The notes: generated by a model from the sequence alone, not told the origin. A stretch of 40,010 bases of DNA from Thermoplasmatota archaeon (GCA_049472195.1 JBLIRG010000026.1:1-40010); one strand, 5' to 3'. Shown: positions 9,201-18,629, counted from the first letter of the stretch. Numbers and translations are program-made.

Positions 9201-10738
9201 GTCCATTGGGATATCTTGCCTCCGATATCGAGATAGTAGGAACCGGGCCCCGTAATCCACGGAAGAACATCCTTTCTGAGTATGCCGTCCCCTGTCAGGT
9301 TCTGACCCACGCCGCCCTGTTCCGATCCCCTCATGGAATATATCTCGGGGTACGGATCGGGGTCCGGGATGCCGTCCTTGTTGGTCCCGAGCCAGTGCTG
9401 TTCTCCCGTGGAATCCCAGAAGCGTCCTTTTATCCACAGCCTCTCATCGACCTCGAAACCCCTGTCCTCGTAGCTGTAATCGAAGAACAGTTCCACGGAA
9501 TTTGCAGCTTCCAGATCGGACGCGTCTATGTCAAAGGAAACACCGTAGGCCCCGGATATATCCACGCCGCCGCTGTTGGATGGCGATACGCCGCCCATCT
9601 CGATCTGAAGCATTCGCACCCTGTTGACGGCCCGGTTCGTGCCTATTGCGTTTCCGGAAGCCTGATTGTACCTCACCGAGTCATACAGGGTATCGTTATC
9701 GTAGATGTGAGCGTCGGACGTGTCCCACCCATCGTCTCCCGCACCCCACCCAAATGTATTCCCGGAGGTTTCTATCGAGGAGGTGAACCTCACCACCCCG
9801 TCGGGGTCCGCTCCCGGAATATCGATGGGTTTGTAGGTGATGTTGAGATAGAATATCCTGATCATCCCGTTCTCCGGTGAGGATATCACCAGGGCTTCCC
9901 GCCCCTCGTTCGCGATGTCCACCGCTTCGAGCTCCGTGCCGTCGGTTATCGCAGCGTCGGGAAGGTTCATCATAACACCGTATTCGGGGAGGCTCCCGCC
10001 GAAGTATACATCCATTGAAGGTTCGTGGGTCCCATCCTGTCCCGATAGAATGATGAGATCGTCCTCGTCATCCCCGGAGAACTCCCCCTCCTTCATCGCA
10101 ATTCCGTATCGGTAGGCGTCATCACCCGTCAGGATATAATCGGCGGCGGTGGGATAGAATTTCTGTCCCTTGTACGCTCCCCTGATCTTTGAAGATCCGA
10201 AGATCAGAACCTTGCCCGCATCGTCATCCGCACCCGGGCAGCCAACAACAATATCCCGCCAGTTATCCTGATCGTAATCCCAGGTCAGGAACGAATATCC
10301 GAGCTGGAATCCGGCATCACCGAGTATGGATACGTCCGCCGATTTCGGATCCAGGTCCTTAAGGTAATTATGATCCCTTCCGCTCTCTCCCCAGTAAATG
10401 TGCAGGGACCCGCTGTCATCCCCCCTCGAATCGTTGTACGGAAGGGCCATGATGATATCATCGCTACCCTCCTCGTCAATATCGACGACGCTCCTGATCC
10501 TCGGCATATCGTCCCGAGTGATCGAATTCGTCACGTCGTCTCCGTAGATCCGGATCGATCCGGCCTCATTTGAGAGGATGATCACGGCGGTAGAGAGGAG
10601 CAGAACGGCAACTGATATCGACAGTGCCCGCCCATCCCGAAAAACTGATGTTCTCATGTTCAACACCCCGAAGATCGCCATACGGATGCCAGCGGATGAC
10701 ATACGCATATCAGCTAGCTCAGCAAAGTTAATGATCAT
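6230..10738 (-). CDS. Giant surface protein (1502 aa) with FG-GAP/beta-propeller repeats, multiple Ig-like domains, single TM and a Lys-rich then Glu-rich cytoplasmic tail
   Basis: FG-GAP-like motifs DIDEEGSDDIIMAL, DIVVGCPGADDDAGKVLIF, DIDGDGWDDLLISDPADGKVHVF. Ig-like repeats containing FFYSRDNSTW. TM GLIAVIGIVIFILLILIVGLFFIF. Tail KKAKKKPIKAKKVKPAEKPRKKKKKPSIEKKADKHRKVKKPKARP then EEELEEFEELEEFEDWEE. Start could be 10738 (leaderless, TATA about 25-30 nt upstream) or the Met at 10657 directly preceding the signal-like helix. Confidence 0.7.
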   Translation of the reverse strand: MIINFAELADMRMSSAGIRMAIFGVLNMRTSVFRDGRALSISVAVLLLSTAVIILSNEAGSIRIYGDDVTNSITRDDMPRIRSVVDIDEEGSDDIIMALPYNDSRGDDSGSLHIYWGESGRDHNYLKDLDPKSADVSILGDAGFQLGYSFLTWDYDQDNWRDIVVGCPGADDDAGKVLIFGSSKIRGAYKGQKFYPTAADYILTGDDAYRYGIAMKEGEFSGDDEDDLIILSGQDGTHEPSMDVYFGGSLPEYGVMMNLPDAAITDGTELEAVDIANEGREALVISSPENGMIRIFYLNITYKPIDIPGADPDGVVRFTSSIETSGNTFGWGAGDDGWDTSDAHIYDNDTLYDSVRYNQASGNAIGTNRAVNRVRMLQIEMGGVSPSNSGGVDISGAYGVSFDIDASDLEAANSVELFFDYSYEDRGFEVDERLWIKGRFWDSTGEQHWLGTNKDGIPDPDPYPEIYSMRGSEQGGVGQNLTGDGILRKDVLPWITGPGSYYLDIGGKISQWTAATEFGAMGFDNLRLTVRSVNNSFRTISGPTGLGSELHAQDIDGDGWDDLLISDPADGKVHVFSGNDSYWRNFDTIELQSSNITINGITQGSETSMARIPPTKTILTDCLAVSDPKKEAENGTGVIHVFHLPLEEGPVLISTSDEKAPQRNGLKDFGWEIVSIGDNGTEGYSDLRIMSWTGDGRLVVSDADRNMADPEIFILSPVMFQEIKGLFEIRARVFDYDGDADPADVVFLWSVNDGAAWSPFPGNGLPDRVEGDTAVKVWNTSNFENKLYTIRADVEDFQGNSVSATVRSVSVINHKPPLVTIIYPLEGFVLEGVTEVTADVSTFGGELLRKPVNFFYSRDNSTWIPLAQVDNPAGGSGTDYTVEIDTKDFADGPIWFMVNASTDFGIEGEGRHIGPVFIDNKYMPEISFITPMGTEDISGTVNISVQITDPDDDLILPAVLWIRDNLAFNSKYALLGNLSGPFHNDTYYYSWNTRDFDNGNYSLMVSVEDESFLNANVEHPAFMIVHNIYTPSVQFEGITDNEEVSGTLHLKARITDRDANFDRTYISFFYREAGGEWIRLAGATLAGDLAQITWDTRDVDDGIYDLMVEVYDLDDEYASDMISNIVVDNRYNPILEPNLPLSGSVLSGVVRLAFNISDEEFIHVDNVVFSVFSKGSWTNLTNTSILADDSGFIPWEAVTYYVDWDTEEEESDGSPRFPDARGYLVRVKVTDADGVDVSWTSKTSYEVMNGEVEVPDVDGDDGRINTGLIAVIGIVIFILLILIVGLFFIFSGERRARKGISEPLPEIGEKKPREAERPPKEPAAEEEVFSAEAMRYGEYGEPPAEVYEPPVPPEISPDDAAFLDEFMVGADIGDSGPAYGQEIQGPVFATSLPLKDEMRGAPEAAIPEWGEEEVDVDLPEGVMPARKAKKKPIKAKKVKPAEKPRKKKKKPSIEKKADKHRKVKKPKARPVEEETWEVEEWGEEEEELEEFEELEEFEDWEE

Positions 10739-10800
10739 GAATATAGATATAAATTGTCATATCCTCAATAGGGATCGGATCGAGCGCGCCGGAATGCATC

Positions 10801-12180
10801 TCAGTTGTACTCGCTCAAAAACTCCTCCACCACATCCAGACCGCCCTGCCCCTGGACGAATCCGTTGTACGGTTCCCGGGGAGTTATCTCACCTGCAATG
10901 GGGGTGAGCATCATCCTGTTAACGGCCTCCGGGTCCTGGACCTGGCCAAGAACCCATCCCAGCTTGCAGTATGCCACCTCTGGAAGCATGTTCTCGAGGG
11001 GGACGATCCCGAGGGACATCAGGTCCCTTCCCGTGTCGTAAACGAACATCTGAACGTAACCGTATAGCGTCTGGACGGTCATGTAAAGATGGATCCCTTC
11101 TTCATGCGCTCTTCTAAGTGGTTCGTACAGCGGCTTGTTCACGTGACCGAGGCCCGTCCCCGCGATCACTATCCCCTTGTAGCCGTTGTCAATCATGGAA
11201 TCGACGATATCGGGATTCATATTGGGATAGTAGTAGAGGATGGCAACCTTCTCCTCGAATTGTGGATATATCCTCACCTCCCTATCATCCCTTCTCCGCC
11301 GGTAGTCGTCCCTGAAGTAGGTGAAATTTCCGTCCTCCACCTTTCCCACCGGAATGTCTCCCAGCGTCTTGAACGTGTTGCGGTAGGAGGAGTGCATCTT
11401 CCTCACCCGCGTCCCCCGGTGGAGATAGCAGAACCTGTCCGATGTGGTCCCGAACATGCATACGAGCACCTCGGCCGCGTCTGAATATGCCGCGGTGGTT
11501 GTGGCACCGATCAGAGTTCTGGCGGCATCCGAAGACGGTCTGTCCGAGGATCTCTGGCTTCCGACCATCACTATCGGAACCGGGGATCCCTGAACCATGA
11601 AGGACAGCGTTGCCCCGGTGTAGTGCATGGTATCTGTCCCGTGGCCGATGGCGATCCCGGCGACGCCCTTCTCTATCTCCCTCTTGATGTTCTCGGCGCA
11701 AACCTTCCACTGGTGGGGTCCCATGTTCTCCGAGAAAACACCGAACAGCTTACGGGTCGTGATGTTGGCTATGTCGGCGAGTTCTGGAACCGCACCGAAC
11801 AGCTCTCCGGGAGTGAAGGCGGGGATCACCGCACCCGTCCTGTAATCGAGGCGGGACGCGATCGTTCCGCCTGTTCCGAGTATGGTCACATCCGGAAGGT
11901 CCGGATTCACGGGGAACTCCTTCTCGGGGATCCTGTAATTGGCCTTCTTCGATCCCTCGGATACGAGATTCCGGATGTTGTCGACGTGGATCCCTATGTT
12001 GTATCCGGTGATCATCTTGATGACCAGATGGGAGTCGTCCCCTGCGGACCTGGGAAGGATTATACCCTCCACCAAACCGTCCGGAGTGGTTACCCTGACT
12101 CTGTCCCAAACGAAGGCGTTCTCTCTCTGGAGCACCTCAAGGGCGGGGCCCCTGTATCCTTGATACCTGTCCTCGGTCAT
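10801..12180 (-). CDS. gatD: Glutamyl-tRNA(Gln) amidotransferase subunit D (archaeal GatD, asparaginase-like)
   Basis: 459 aa. N-terminal GatD-specific domain followed by asparaginase signature ILGTGGTIASRLDYRTGAV and a second asparaginase-type motif region. No gatE adjacent. Confidence 0.75.
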   Translation of the reverse strand: MTEDRYQGYRGPALEVLQRENAFVWDRVRVTTPDGLVEGIILPRSAGDDSHLVIKMITGYNIGIHVDNIRNLVSEGSKKANYRIPEKEFPVNPDLPDVTILGTGGTIASRLDYRTGAVIPAFTPGELFGAVPELADIANITTRKLFGVFSENMGPHQWKVCAENIKREIEKGVAGIAIGHGTDTMHYTGATLSFMVQGSPVPIVMVGSQRSSDRPSSDAARTLIGATTTAAYSDAAEVLVCMFGTTSDRFCYLHRGTRVRKMHSSYRNTFKTLGDIPVGKVEDGNFTYFRDDYRRRRDDREVRIYPQFEEKVAILYYYPNMNPDIVDSMIDNGYKGIVIAGTGLGHVNKPLYEPLRRAHEEGIHLYMTVQTLYGYVQMFVYDTGRDLMSLGIVPLENMLPEVAYCKLGWVLGQVQDPEAVNRMMLTPIAGEITPREPYNGFVQGQGGLDVVEEFLSEYN

Positions 12181-12237
12181 GTGACCACAACGTGCGGGTA
12201 GGATAACACCCTAAATAACGGTTTTCTTTCATTAGAG

Positions 12238-13527
12238 CTAGAATATCCATCCCATGATCACTATGACGATAAGCAGGGAGCCCGATCCGGCTATATCCAT
12301 GGATGCCGTCAGAAGCGGGATCACCACGTTGTCCGGGTCCAGACCGATCTTGAAAGATAGATATGCAAGATAGTATGCGGAGGCTGAGGATATGATCGAG
12401 ATGAGGGTCGCCCCAGTAAGCATGGTCAGAAGCAGGACGGGAAAGAAGGGGATCTCAACACCCGCCGAGGATCCCAGGAAAAAACCCCCGACGGCCATGG
12501 CGCTGAACACCACCATCGATATCAGCCACAGTGTGGATGTCGTGGATACGGATAGAGTGTTCGGCTTGAGTGTGAGCCTGTGGGTCCCGAGATATCCCGC
12601 GGATGTGATCCTGGATCCCAGGATCGAACCTATCGATCCTCCCTGACCGTTGAAAGCCGGGATCAGGAGGAGGAATACGGTCCCCTGGAACATCGACGAG
12701 AAGTTATTCTCCAGTATCAAACCCGATATGGAAGAGAGGATTATCGCACCCAGTGCGATCGGAAGAGCGTTCTTGATGATCGATCGGTATTCACCCCTTA
12801 TCACGATCATGGTCACGGCGGAGACAATGATCAGAAGGACCAGTGACGTATATGCTGCGGTCGCTGCTACGGGTGAGCTTAATGAAACGGTGATCCATGC
12901 GGCCAGGAAGAAGATGGGAATCGTGAGCACATCCCCTGTCGATGCAATTATCGGTGCCGAGACGTTGTCCGGGTCCCACCCCTTCCGAAACGAGATGAAC
13001 GTTATGGACAGGGATATGGCGAACATGAGGATGCCGGACAGTATGCCTCCGAGAAGGGATATCAGCAGGAGCTCGTGGAATTTTGCGATCTCCACGCCTG
13101 CTATCAATGCCATTAGCGTTCCCGCGAACGGTATCAGCGACGAGAGCACCATGAGCTGTATGCCGGACGCCATCATCTGTTGTTTGAGTTCGGAGTTTCG
13201 CCTGAACCGAGGTTCGATTGTACCGAGATGCAGTCTCGAAGACAGCCTTGCGGCCAGGGCTCCGAATGTGTTCCCCCTCAATCCGACCGTGGGGGGAAGG
13301 AGTATGAGAAGCCCCGGAACCAGAATGAGATACCGCTCGAATGTGCCGAGAAAATAGCCGGGAAAAAGATCGATCATCGCGCAGATCAGGAGGATCATCG
13401 TCGACTGGCGGAGAAGGCCCCGATCCGGTTTTATGAACTCCGAGAGTACCTTTTTAACGAATCCGACGATGGCCCTGGCTGGGGATATGGTGCCTTCTCT
13501 CTTCTGGAGACTCCCCAGGGCGGCCAA
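12238..13527 (-). CDS. MgtE-like Mg2+ channel membrane domain protein (tandem-duplicated MgtE TM domain, no CBS or N-domain)
   Basis: 429 aa, about 10 TM helices. Two copies of the MgtE pore signature (GWDPDNVSAPIIASTGDVLTIP and GLDPDNVVIPLLTASMDIAGSG). Confidence 0.6.
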   Translation of the reverse strand: MAALGSLQKREGTISPARAIVGFVKKVLSEFIKPDRGLLRQSTMILLICAMIDLFPGYFLGTFERYLILVPGLLILLPPTVGLRGNTFGALAARLSSRLHLGTIEPRFRRNSELKQQMMASGIQLMVLSSLIPFAGTLMALIAGVEIAKFHELLLISLLGGILSGILMFAISLSITFISFRKGWDPDNVSAPIIASTGDVLTIPIFFLAAWITVSLSSPVAATAAYTSLVLLIIVSAVTMIVIRGEYRSIIKNALPIALGAIILSSISGLILENNFSSMFQGTVFLLLIPAFNGQGGSIGSILGSRITSAGYLGTHRLTLKPNTLSVSTTSTLWLISMVVFSAMAVGGFFLGSSAGVEIPFFPVLLLTMLTGATLISIISSASAYYLAYLSFKIGLDPDNVVIPLLTASMDIAGSGSLLIVIVIMGWIF

Positions 13528-13729
13528 TGTCCATTCCTCCTGATTTCATTCGTTGGTGAGGATCATCTTCGTTCATGACGGATCTACCTCGTCGTGCGGC
13601 AACACCGCCCGACGTGTTGTGACCAACTATGTATTATTTATTGTTTACCCATCACGCTCTGTCCGTTGAAGAGTTGATTAACGTCGTTTTTCTATTGATC
13701 CTGGTCTTTACAACTGATGGTTGTGTTAA

Positions 13730-13771
13730 TTATTTATAGAAGTTTAAATAATAACAAGTTATTTATAGAAG
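13730..13771 (+). promoter_or_regulatory. Thermosome promoter region with directly repeated TTATTTATAGAAG motif (TATA-box-like), two copies 29 nt apart
   Basis: Copies at 13730-13742 and 13759-13771. The second copy lies about 55 nt upstream of the thermosome ATG (13827), which is preceded by an AGAGGTGA Shine-Dalgarno. Confidence 0.45.
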
Positions 13772-13826
13772 GGATCATTTGGGGGCCTCCCCAACTGTAA
13801 ATTACGATTGAAAAGAGGTGAAAATT

Positions 13827-15485
13827 ATGATCGGTGGAACTCCAATCCTGGTGCTCAAGGAAGGCACCGAAAGGGAAAGCGGAAAGAGGGCGCAGATTAG
13901 AAACATCCAGGCGGCAAAGGCCATAGCCGATGCGGTCAGGACAACCCTCGGACCGAAGGGAATGGACAAGATGATGGTGGACTCCATGGGAGACGTCATC
14001 ATAACGAATGACGGCGTGACGATACTCAAGGAGCTCGACGTCGTTGGACCAGCCGCAAAGATGGTCGTCGAGGTCGCGAAGACCCAGGACGAGCAGTGCG
14101 GTGACGGGACCACAACCGCTGTGATCTTCGCCGGGGAGCTCCTGAAGCTCTCCGAGGCTCTCATCGAGAAGAACATACACCCAACCTTGATCACAGAGGG
14201 CTACAGGCTGGCCGCCGACAAGGCCGTTGAGGTGCTGAAGAGCGTCGCCATGGATGTATCCCATGACGATGTCGAGACCCTGAAGAAGATAGCCATGACC
14301 TCCATGACCGGAAAATCCTCGGGAGGGATGAAGGAGATCCTCTCCGACATGGTCGTGAAGGCGGTCATCGCGGTGGCGGAGAAATCCGGCGACAAGTGGT
14401 CCGTCGATATCGACAATGTTAAGGTCGAGAAGAAACAGGGCGGATCCATCCAGGAATCCAGCCTGATCGAGGGGATCATAGTTGACAAGGAGAGGGTTCA
14501 CGAGGGGATGCCCCATATCGTCGAGAATCCTAAGATCGCACTGATCAACGCCGCCTTCGAGGTTAAGAAGACCGAGGTGGATGCAAAGATCCAGATCACC
14601 GACCCGTCCCAGTTCCAGGCATTCCTGGAGAATGAGGAGAAGATACTGAGGGATATGGCGAACAAGGTCGAAGCCGCCGGAGCCAACGTTGTCTTCTGCC
14701 AGAAGGGAATCGACGACCTGGTCCAGCACTTCCTGGCCAAGAAGGGAATCTTCGCCGTGAGAAGGGTGAAGAAGTCCGACATGGAAAAGCTTTCCAAGGC
14801 CACTGGTGCCAAGATAGTATCAAATCTTGACGATCTCTCCGCGGAGGACCTGGGAACGTCTTCCAGGGTGGAAGAGAAGAAGATCGGAGGGGACGAGATG
14901 ACCTTCGTCACCGGCTGCGAGAATGCCAAAGCGGTATCTCTTCTGATCCGCGGGGCATCGGAGCATGTCATAGACGAGATCGAGAGGGGCATCCACGACG
15001 CCCTCTCAACCGTCGGAGATGCGATCGAGGACGGAAAGATGACCGCAGGCGGCGGGGCGGCAGCCATCGAGCTCGCCAGGGAGCTCAGGACCTTCGCCAT
15101 ACAGACCGGGGGCAGGGAGCAGTTCGCCATCGAGGCGTTCGCGACAGCTCTCGAGGTGGTCCCGAGGACCCTCGCCGAGAACGCCGGTCTCGATCCCATA
15201 AACACGATAATCGAGATCAACAAGGCACACAGCAACGGCAACAAATACCACGGGGTCAATGTGTTCACCGGACAGGTCGAGGACATGAGGGCCCTCAACG
15301 TCCTCGAGCCCCTCAGGGTAGGGACCCAGGCCATCCAGGCCGCGACGGAGACTGCCAACATGATCCTCAGGATCGACGATGTCATCGCGGCCAAAGGATC
15401 CCACGACGGCGGCGGCGGAATGCCCGGCGGAATGCCTCCGGGCGGCATGGGCGGTATGGGCGGTATGGGAGACATGGATTACTGA
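13827..15485 (+). CDS. ths: Thermosome subunit (group II chaperonin, Cpn60/TCP-1 family)
   Basis: [49 protein letters not shown]..., [18 protein letters not shown]-binding motif, C-terminal [11 protein letters not shown] tail. ATG at 13827 preferred over GTG 13818 because of Shine-Dalgarno spacing. Confidence 0.95.
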   Translation: MIGGTPILVLKEGTERESGKRAQIRNIQAAKAIADAVRTTLGPKGMDKMMVDSMGDVIITNDGVTILKELDVVGPAAKMVVEVAKTQDEQCGDGTTTAVIFAGELLKLSEALIEKNIHPTLITEGYRLAADKAVEVLKSVAMDVSHDDVETLKKIAMTSMTGKSSGGMKEILSDMVVKAVIAVAEKSGDKWSVDIDNVKVEKKQGGSIQESSLIEGIIVDKERVHEGMPHIVENPKIALINAAFEVKKTEVDAKIQITDPSQFQAFLENEEKILRDMANKVEAAGANVVFCQKGIDDLVQHFLAKKGIFAVRRVKKSDMEKLSKATGAKIVSNLDDLSAEDLGTSSRVEEKKIGGDEMTFVTGCENAKAVSLLIRGASEHVIDEIERGIHDALSTVGDAIEDGKMTAGGGAAAIELARELRTFAIQTGGREQFAIEAFATALEVVPRTLAENAGLDPINTIIEINKAHSNGNKYHGVNVFTGQVEDMRALNVLEPLRVGTQAIQAATETANMILRIDDVIAAKGSHDGGGGMPGGMPPGGMGGMGGMGDMDY

Positions 15486-15512
15486 ATTCCTCCCATTTGA
15501 TCCTATGAATTC

Positions 15513-15536
15513 GGGGGCTTCGGCCCCCTTTTTTTT
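15513..15536. terminator. Bidirectional intrinsic-terminator-like hairpin GGGGGCTTCGGCCCCC followed by T8, between convergent thermosome and GH26-like genes
   Basis: Perfect 6-bp GC stem with TTCG loop followed by a T8 run (the same element reads as A-run then stem on the other strand). Sits in the 53-nt gap between two convergent stop codons. Confidence 0.6.
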
Positions 15537-15538
15537 CA

Positions 15539-17221
15539 TTATGTACTAACTGGACCAGTGGCAACGTTCGGATGTGATAACACATCCCTGAACGCTGACA
15601 ACGATTCGTCGGTGGAATCGATATCGTATATCCACGTCTCATCGATCCCGTTCCACCAGATCGCCATCCAGATATTTGGATAATCTTCGAATAGCGATTT
15701 GAGACCTGTTTCGATCCATTCTGATTTACTCCCGCCGACCTCGTTGCATGCGAACTCGGTGATCATGAACGGCTTGGAAGAGTAACGCCTCATGTAATCA
15801 TCATAGAGATCCAAGTAGCATTCCTCGAAATCTCTCCAAACTTCGGTGGGACGGGTGATGCCGTTGTTGTAGGCTGTAAGCCCGATCCAGTCAACCATAT
15901 CATCCCCGGGATAATACAGCGGAGGAGCCTGCCATTTATAATCCGGATAGGTACGATCATGAGGATTCCATACGAATTGAACATTATCTGCCCCGATATA
16001 ATCGAATATTGTATGAATTCGAACCCATGCCATGATATACAGATCCGGATCGAGACCGTAAAACCAAGAACACCACTGGGTCCAGTCGCCGTTCATCTCG
16101 TTTGCGAATCTCAAGAAGATCGGCTCTGACAGATCCCTAAGCCCGATCGCCCACTCAACGAGATATTGATCATATTTTCCGTTGAGAATATCAAGAAGAA
16201 CTACTTGACCATCGAATTCCTCACTGTGTGAGTTCACATATGGTTGTAAGGTCAGAAGTAAGACATGTCCCTGATCGTAATGATTGTAAATGAAATCCTT
16301 TGCCTCACCGAATTGGCAGGTGAAATTGAAATAATCCATGAAGAATGGAAAATCATACAGAAGGCGGGTTTCAAGAACCTTGATTTCGTCCCAGTACTTA
16401 CTATGGGGTGCATGATAAATCCCGATTAACTTCTGATCTTCAGGGATCGATATGGTCGTCTTATCACCTTCAATGTTGATCTCGTTAACCAGAGGTTCGG
16501 GAATCTGTGATCTTTCAACATGAGCTTTCTCATCCCAGAAATCCATGGTTGATAGGGACATTTCAAGAATATATTTTAACATGGATATATTATCAGAACT
16601 ACTTTTCAGGAAGACGGTAAATAAGGTCCTCTCATCCAGTTGATAATTATATTCAAAATAGTGATTCAGATCGATATCGATCGATGATATTTTGGTCCGT
16701 CGATATTCTATTATATTGAACGTTCTCCCGCCGATCACACGATCTTCATCCGATACATGGGTAATCTCCCCGTAGCCATTTCGAATGTTCAAATTGGAAT
16801 AATCGATAAAGGTCTGGACCTCTTCAAAAGATGTATTTAACACATGCTTCATCACCGTGATCTTCATATCCGGATCCCTGAAACATAAAACAAAATCGGA
16901 ATCGGAATCGTCGATCGTCCAATATGACGGTATAGCCATCCGGTAACCGTCGATATAATTCCAGAACATATTATGTGTTGAGTTGAATGGTGTCGTCGTT
17001 ATCATAAAATGAGATTGATCTCCAATCAATCCGGAAGAATATTCGGCCATTTTCGCATTGATCATATCAAGATCAATATCTCCTGCATTTTTTCCGAGAT
17101 CATTGATATCATCTCCGGATGAAATGATCTCTACTATTACCGCATAAAATGATGAACTACTAATGGATATTAAACATATGATAGAAATCACTGGGATTCG
17201 TATCACTCTTTCATCCATCAA
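15539..17221 (-). CDS. Secreted or membrane-anchored protein with C-terminal glycoside hydrolase family 26-like (beta-mannanase-like) domain
   Basis: 560 aa. N-terminal hydrophobic signal or anchor. C-terminal half carries the GH26-like acid/base motif LRFANEMNGDWTQWCSWFYG and nucleophile motif FMITEFACNE. Gene is markedly AT-richer than its neighbours. Confidence 0.55.
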   Translation of the reverse strand: MMDERVIRIPVISIICLISISSSSFYAVIVEIISSGDDINDLGKNAGDIDLDMINAKMAEYSSGLIGDQSHFMITTTPFNSTHNMFWNYIDGYRMAIPSYWTIDDSDSDFVLCFRDPDMKITVMKHVLNTSFEEVQTFIDYSNLNIRNGYGEITHVSDEDRVIGGRTFNIIEYRRTKISSIDIDLNHYFEYNYQLDERTLFTVFLKSSSDNISMLKYILEMSLSTMDFWDEKAHVERSQIPEPLVNEINIEGDKTTISIPEDQKLIGIYHAPHSKYWDEIKVLETRLLYDFPFFMDYFNFTCQFGEAKDFIYNHYDQGHVLLLTLQPYVNSHSEEFDGQVVLLDILNGKYDQYLVEWAIGLRDLSEPIFLRFANEMNGDWTQWCSWFYGLDPDLYIMAWVRIHTIFDYIGADNVQFVWNPHDRTYPDYKWQAPPLYYPGDDMVDWIGLTAYNNGITRPTEVWRDFEECYLDLYDDYMRRYSSKPFMITEFACNEVGGSKSEWIETGLKSLFEDYPNIWMAIWWNGIDETWIYDIDSTDESLSAFRDVLSHPNVATGPVST

Positions 17222-17306
17222 TTAAAGATCATAGTACCAAATATAAACATATTCATATGATTTTCACCCAATCGTTTTTTTACAACTTCCACTTACACCT
17301 CTCGAG

Positions 17307-18431
17307 GTGTTATCCTTGTACGATCCCAGAATGATGAAATTGGCAGAGGTTCTGATCAAGCACTCCACCCGCCTTGAAAAGGGTGAGGTCATCTACATCG
17401 AGACGTTCGATATACCCCAGGAGATGGTGGAGATACTGGTCGACATGGTATACGAGGTGGGGGGTATCCCCATCGTATCACAGAAGACCAACAAGGTCCT
17501 TCGAAAGATCTTCATGGGCTGTGACGAGGAGGCCATGAAGGTGATCGGCGGGATCGAGATGGAGAAGATCAAGAAGGCCGATGCGTACATCGGCCTCAGA
17601 GGGTCCCACAACATAACAGAGACATCCGACGTACCCTCCGAGAAGATGGAGCATTACAAGAAGCACTGGTTCGGTCCGGTGCATATCCAGTACAGGGTTC
17701 CCAATACAAAATGGGTGGTCCTCAGATGGCCCCACCCTTCCATGGCCCAGCAGGCCGAGATGTCAACAGAGGCCTTCGAGGAGTTCTACTTCAGGACCTG
17801 CACGCTCGATTACACGAAGATGTCAAAGGCCATGGATCCCCTGGTAAAGCTCATGGAGAGGACGGACAAGGTGAGGCTCGTCGCTCCTGGGACGGATCTG
17901 ACCTTCTCGATCAAGGACATCCCGGTGATAAAGTGCGACGGGGAGTTGAACATACCCGACGGAGAGGTGTTCACCGCTCCCGTGAAGGATTCGATCAACG
18001 GCGTGATCACCTACAACACGAAGACACTTTACGAGGGGAAGGTCTTCACCGATATCAAGCTGGTATTCAAGGACGGAAAGATAGTCGAGGCCGCCTCGTC
18101 CAACACCGAGGCCATGAACAAGATCTTCGACACCGACGAGGGGGCAAGGTATGTCGGTGAGTTCGCCATCGGCGTTAACCCGTACGTGACAAAACCAATG
18201 CTCGACACGCTCTTCGATGAGAAGATCGCCGGATCGATACATTTCACCCCCGGAAACTCCTACGACATGGCCCCAAACGGAAACAGCTCGAAGATCCACT
18301 GGGACATAGTCCTGATCCAGACCCCGGAGTGGGGCGGCGGCGAGATATACTTCGACGACGTCCTTATCAGAAAGGACGGTCTGTTCGTTCTGGACGAACT
18401 CAAACCGCTCAATCCCGACAACCTCATCTGA
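17307..18431 (+). CDS. Aminopeptidase, peptidase family M29 (AmpS/PepS-like)
   Basis: 374 aa. N-terminus MLSLYDPRMMKLAEVLIKHSTRLEKGEVIYIETF resembles thermophilic aminopeptidase T/PepS proteins; size is consistent. Confidence 0.75.
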   Translation: MLSLYDPRMMKLAEVLIKHSTRLEKGEVIYIETFDIPQEMVEILVDMVYEVGGIPIVSQKTNKVLRKIFMGCDEEAMKVIGGIEMEKIKKADAYIGLRGSHNITETSDVPSEKMEHYKKHWFGPVHIQYRVPNTKWVVLRWPHPSMAQQAEMSTEAFEEFYFRTCTLDYTKMSKAMDPLVKLMERTDKVRLVAPGTDLTFSIKDIPVIKCDGELNIPDGEVFTAPVKDSINGVITYNTKTLYEGKVFTDIKLVFKDGKIVEAASSNTEAMNKIFDTDEGARYVGEFAIGVNPYVTKPMLDTLFDEKIAGSIHFTPGNSYDMAPNGNSSKIHWDIVLIQTPEWGGGEIYFDDVLIRKDGLFVLDELKPLNPDNLI

Positions 18432-18629
18432 AAAAGGTTCCCCGGTCTAGCGTTAATGAAAAAATCAAGGTCCGATGACAAGCATCGAACCTTGAACCAA
18501 TAACCCCACCCGCCCAAAGGATCAGGTGTTTCATCTCGCCTACCGGTATTCAAGGAACCGATCGATCGGATTATTTATAACTCCCATATAATAAAAAAAT
18601 AATTAATCGACCCTCTTCATTGGGTCTCC

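Noticed and set aside
13734-15475. Minus-strand ORFs of 331 aa and 325 aa
   Set aside because: Antisense to the strongly supported thermosome gene. Composition is Pro/Ser-rich with no motifs.
18440-18560. Possible tRNA in the intergenic region (hairpin GGTCCGATGACAAGCATCGAACC with a TTCGA-like loop on the reverse strand)
   Set aside because: No acceptor stem, D-arm or anticodon-arm arrangement could be assembled. It is only an isolated imperfect hairpin.
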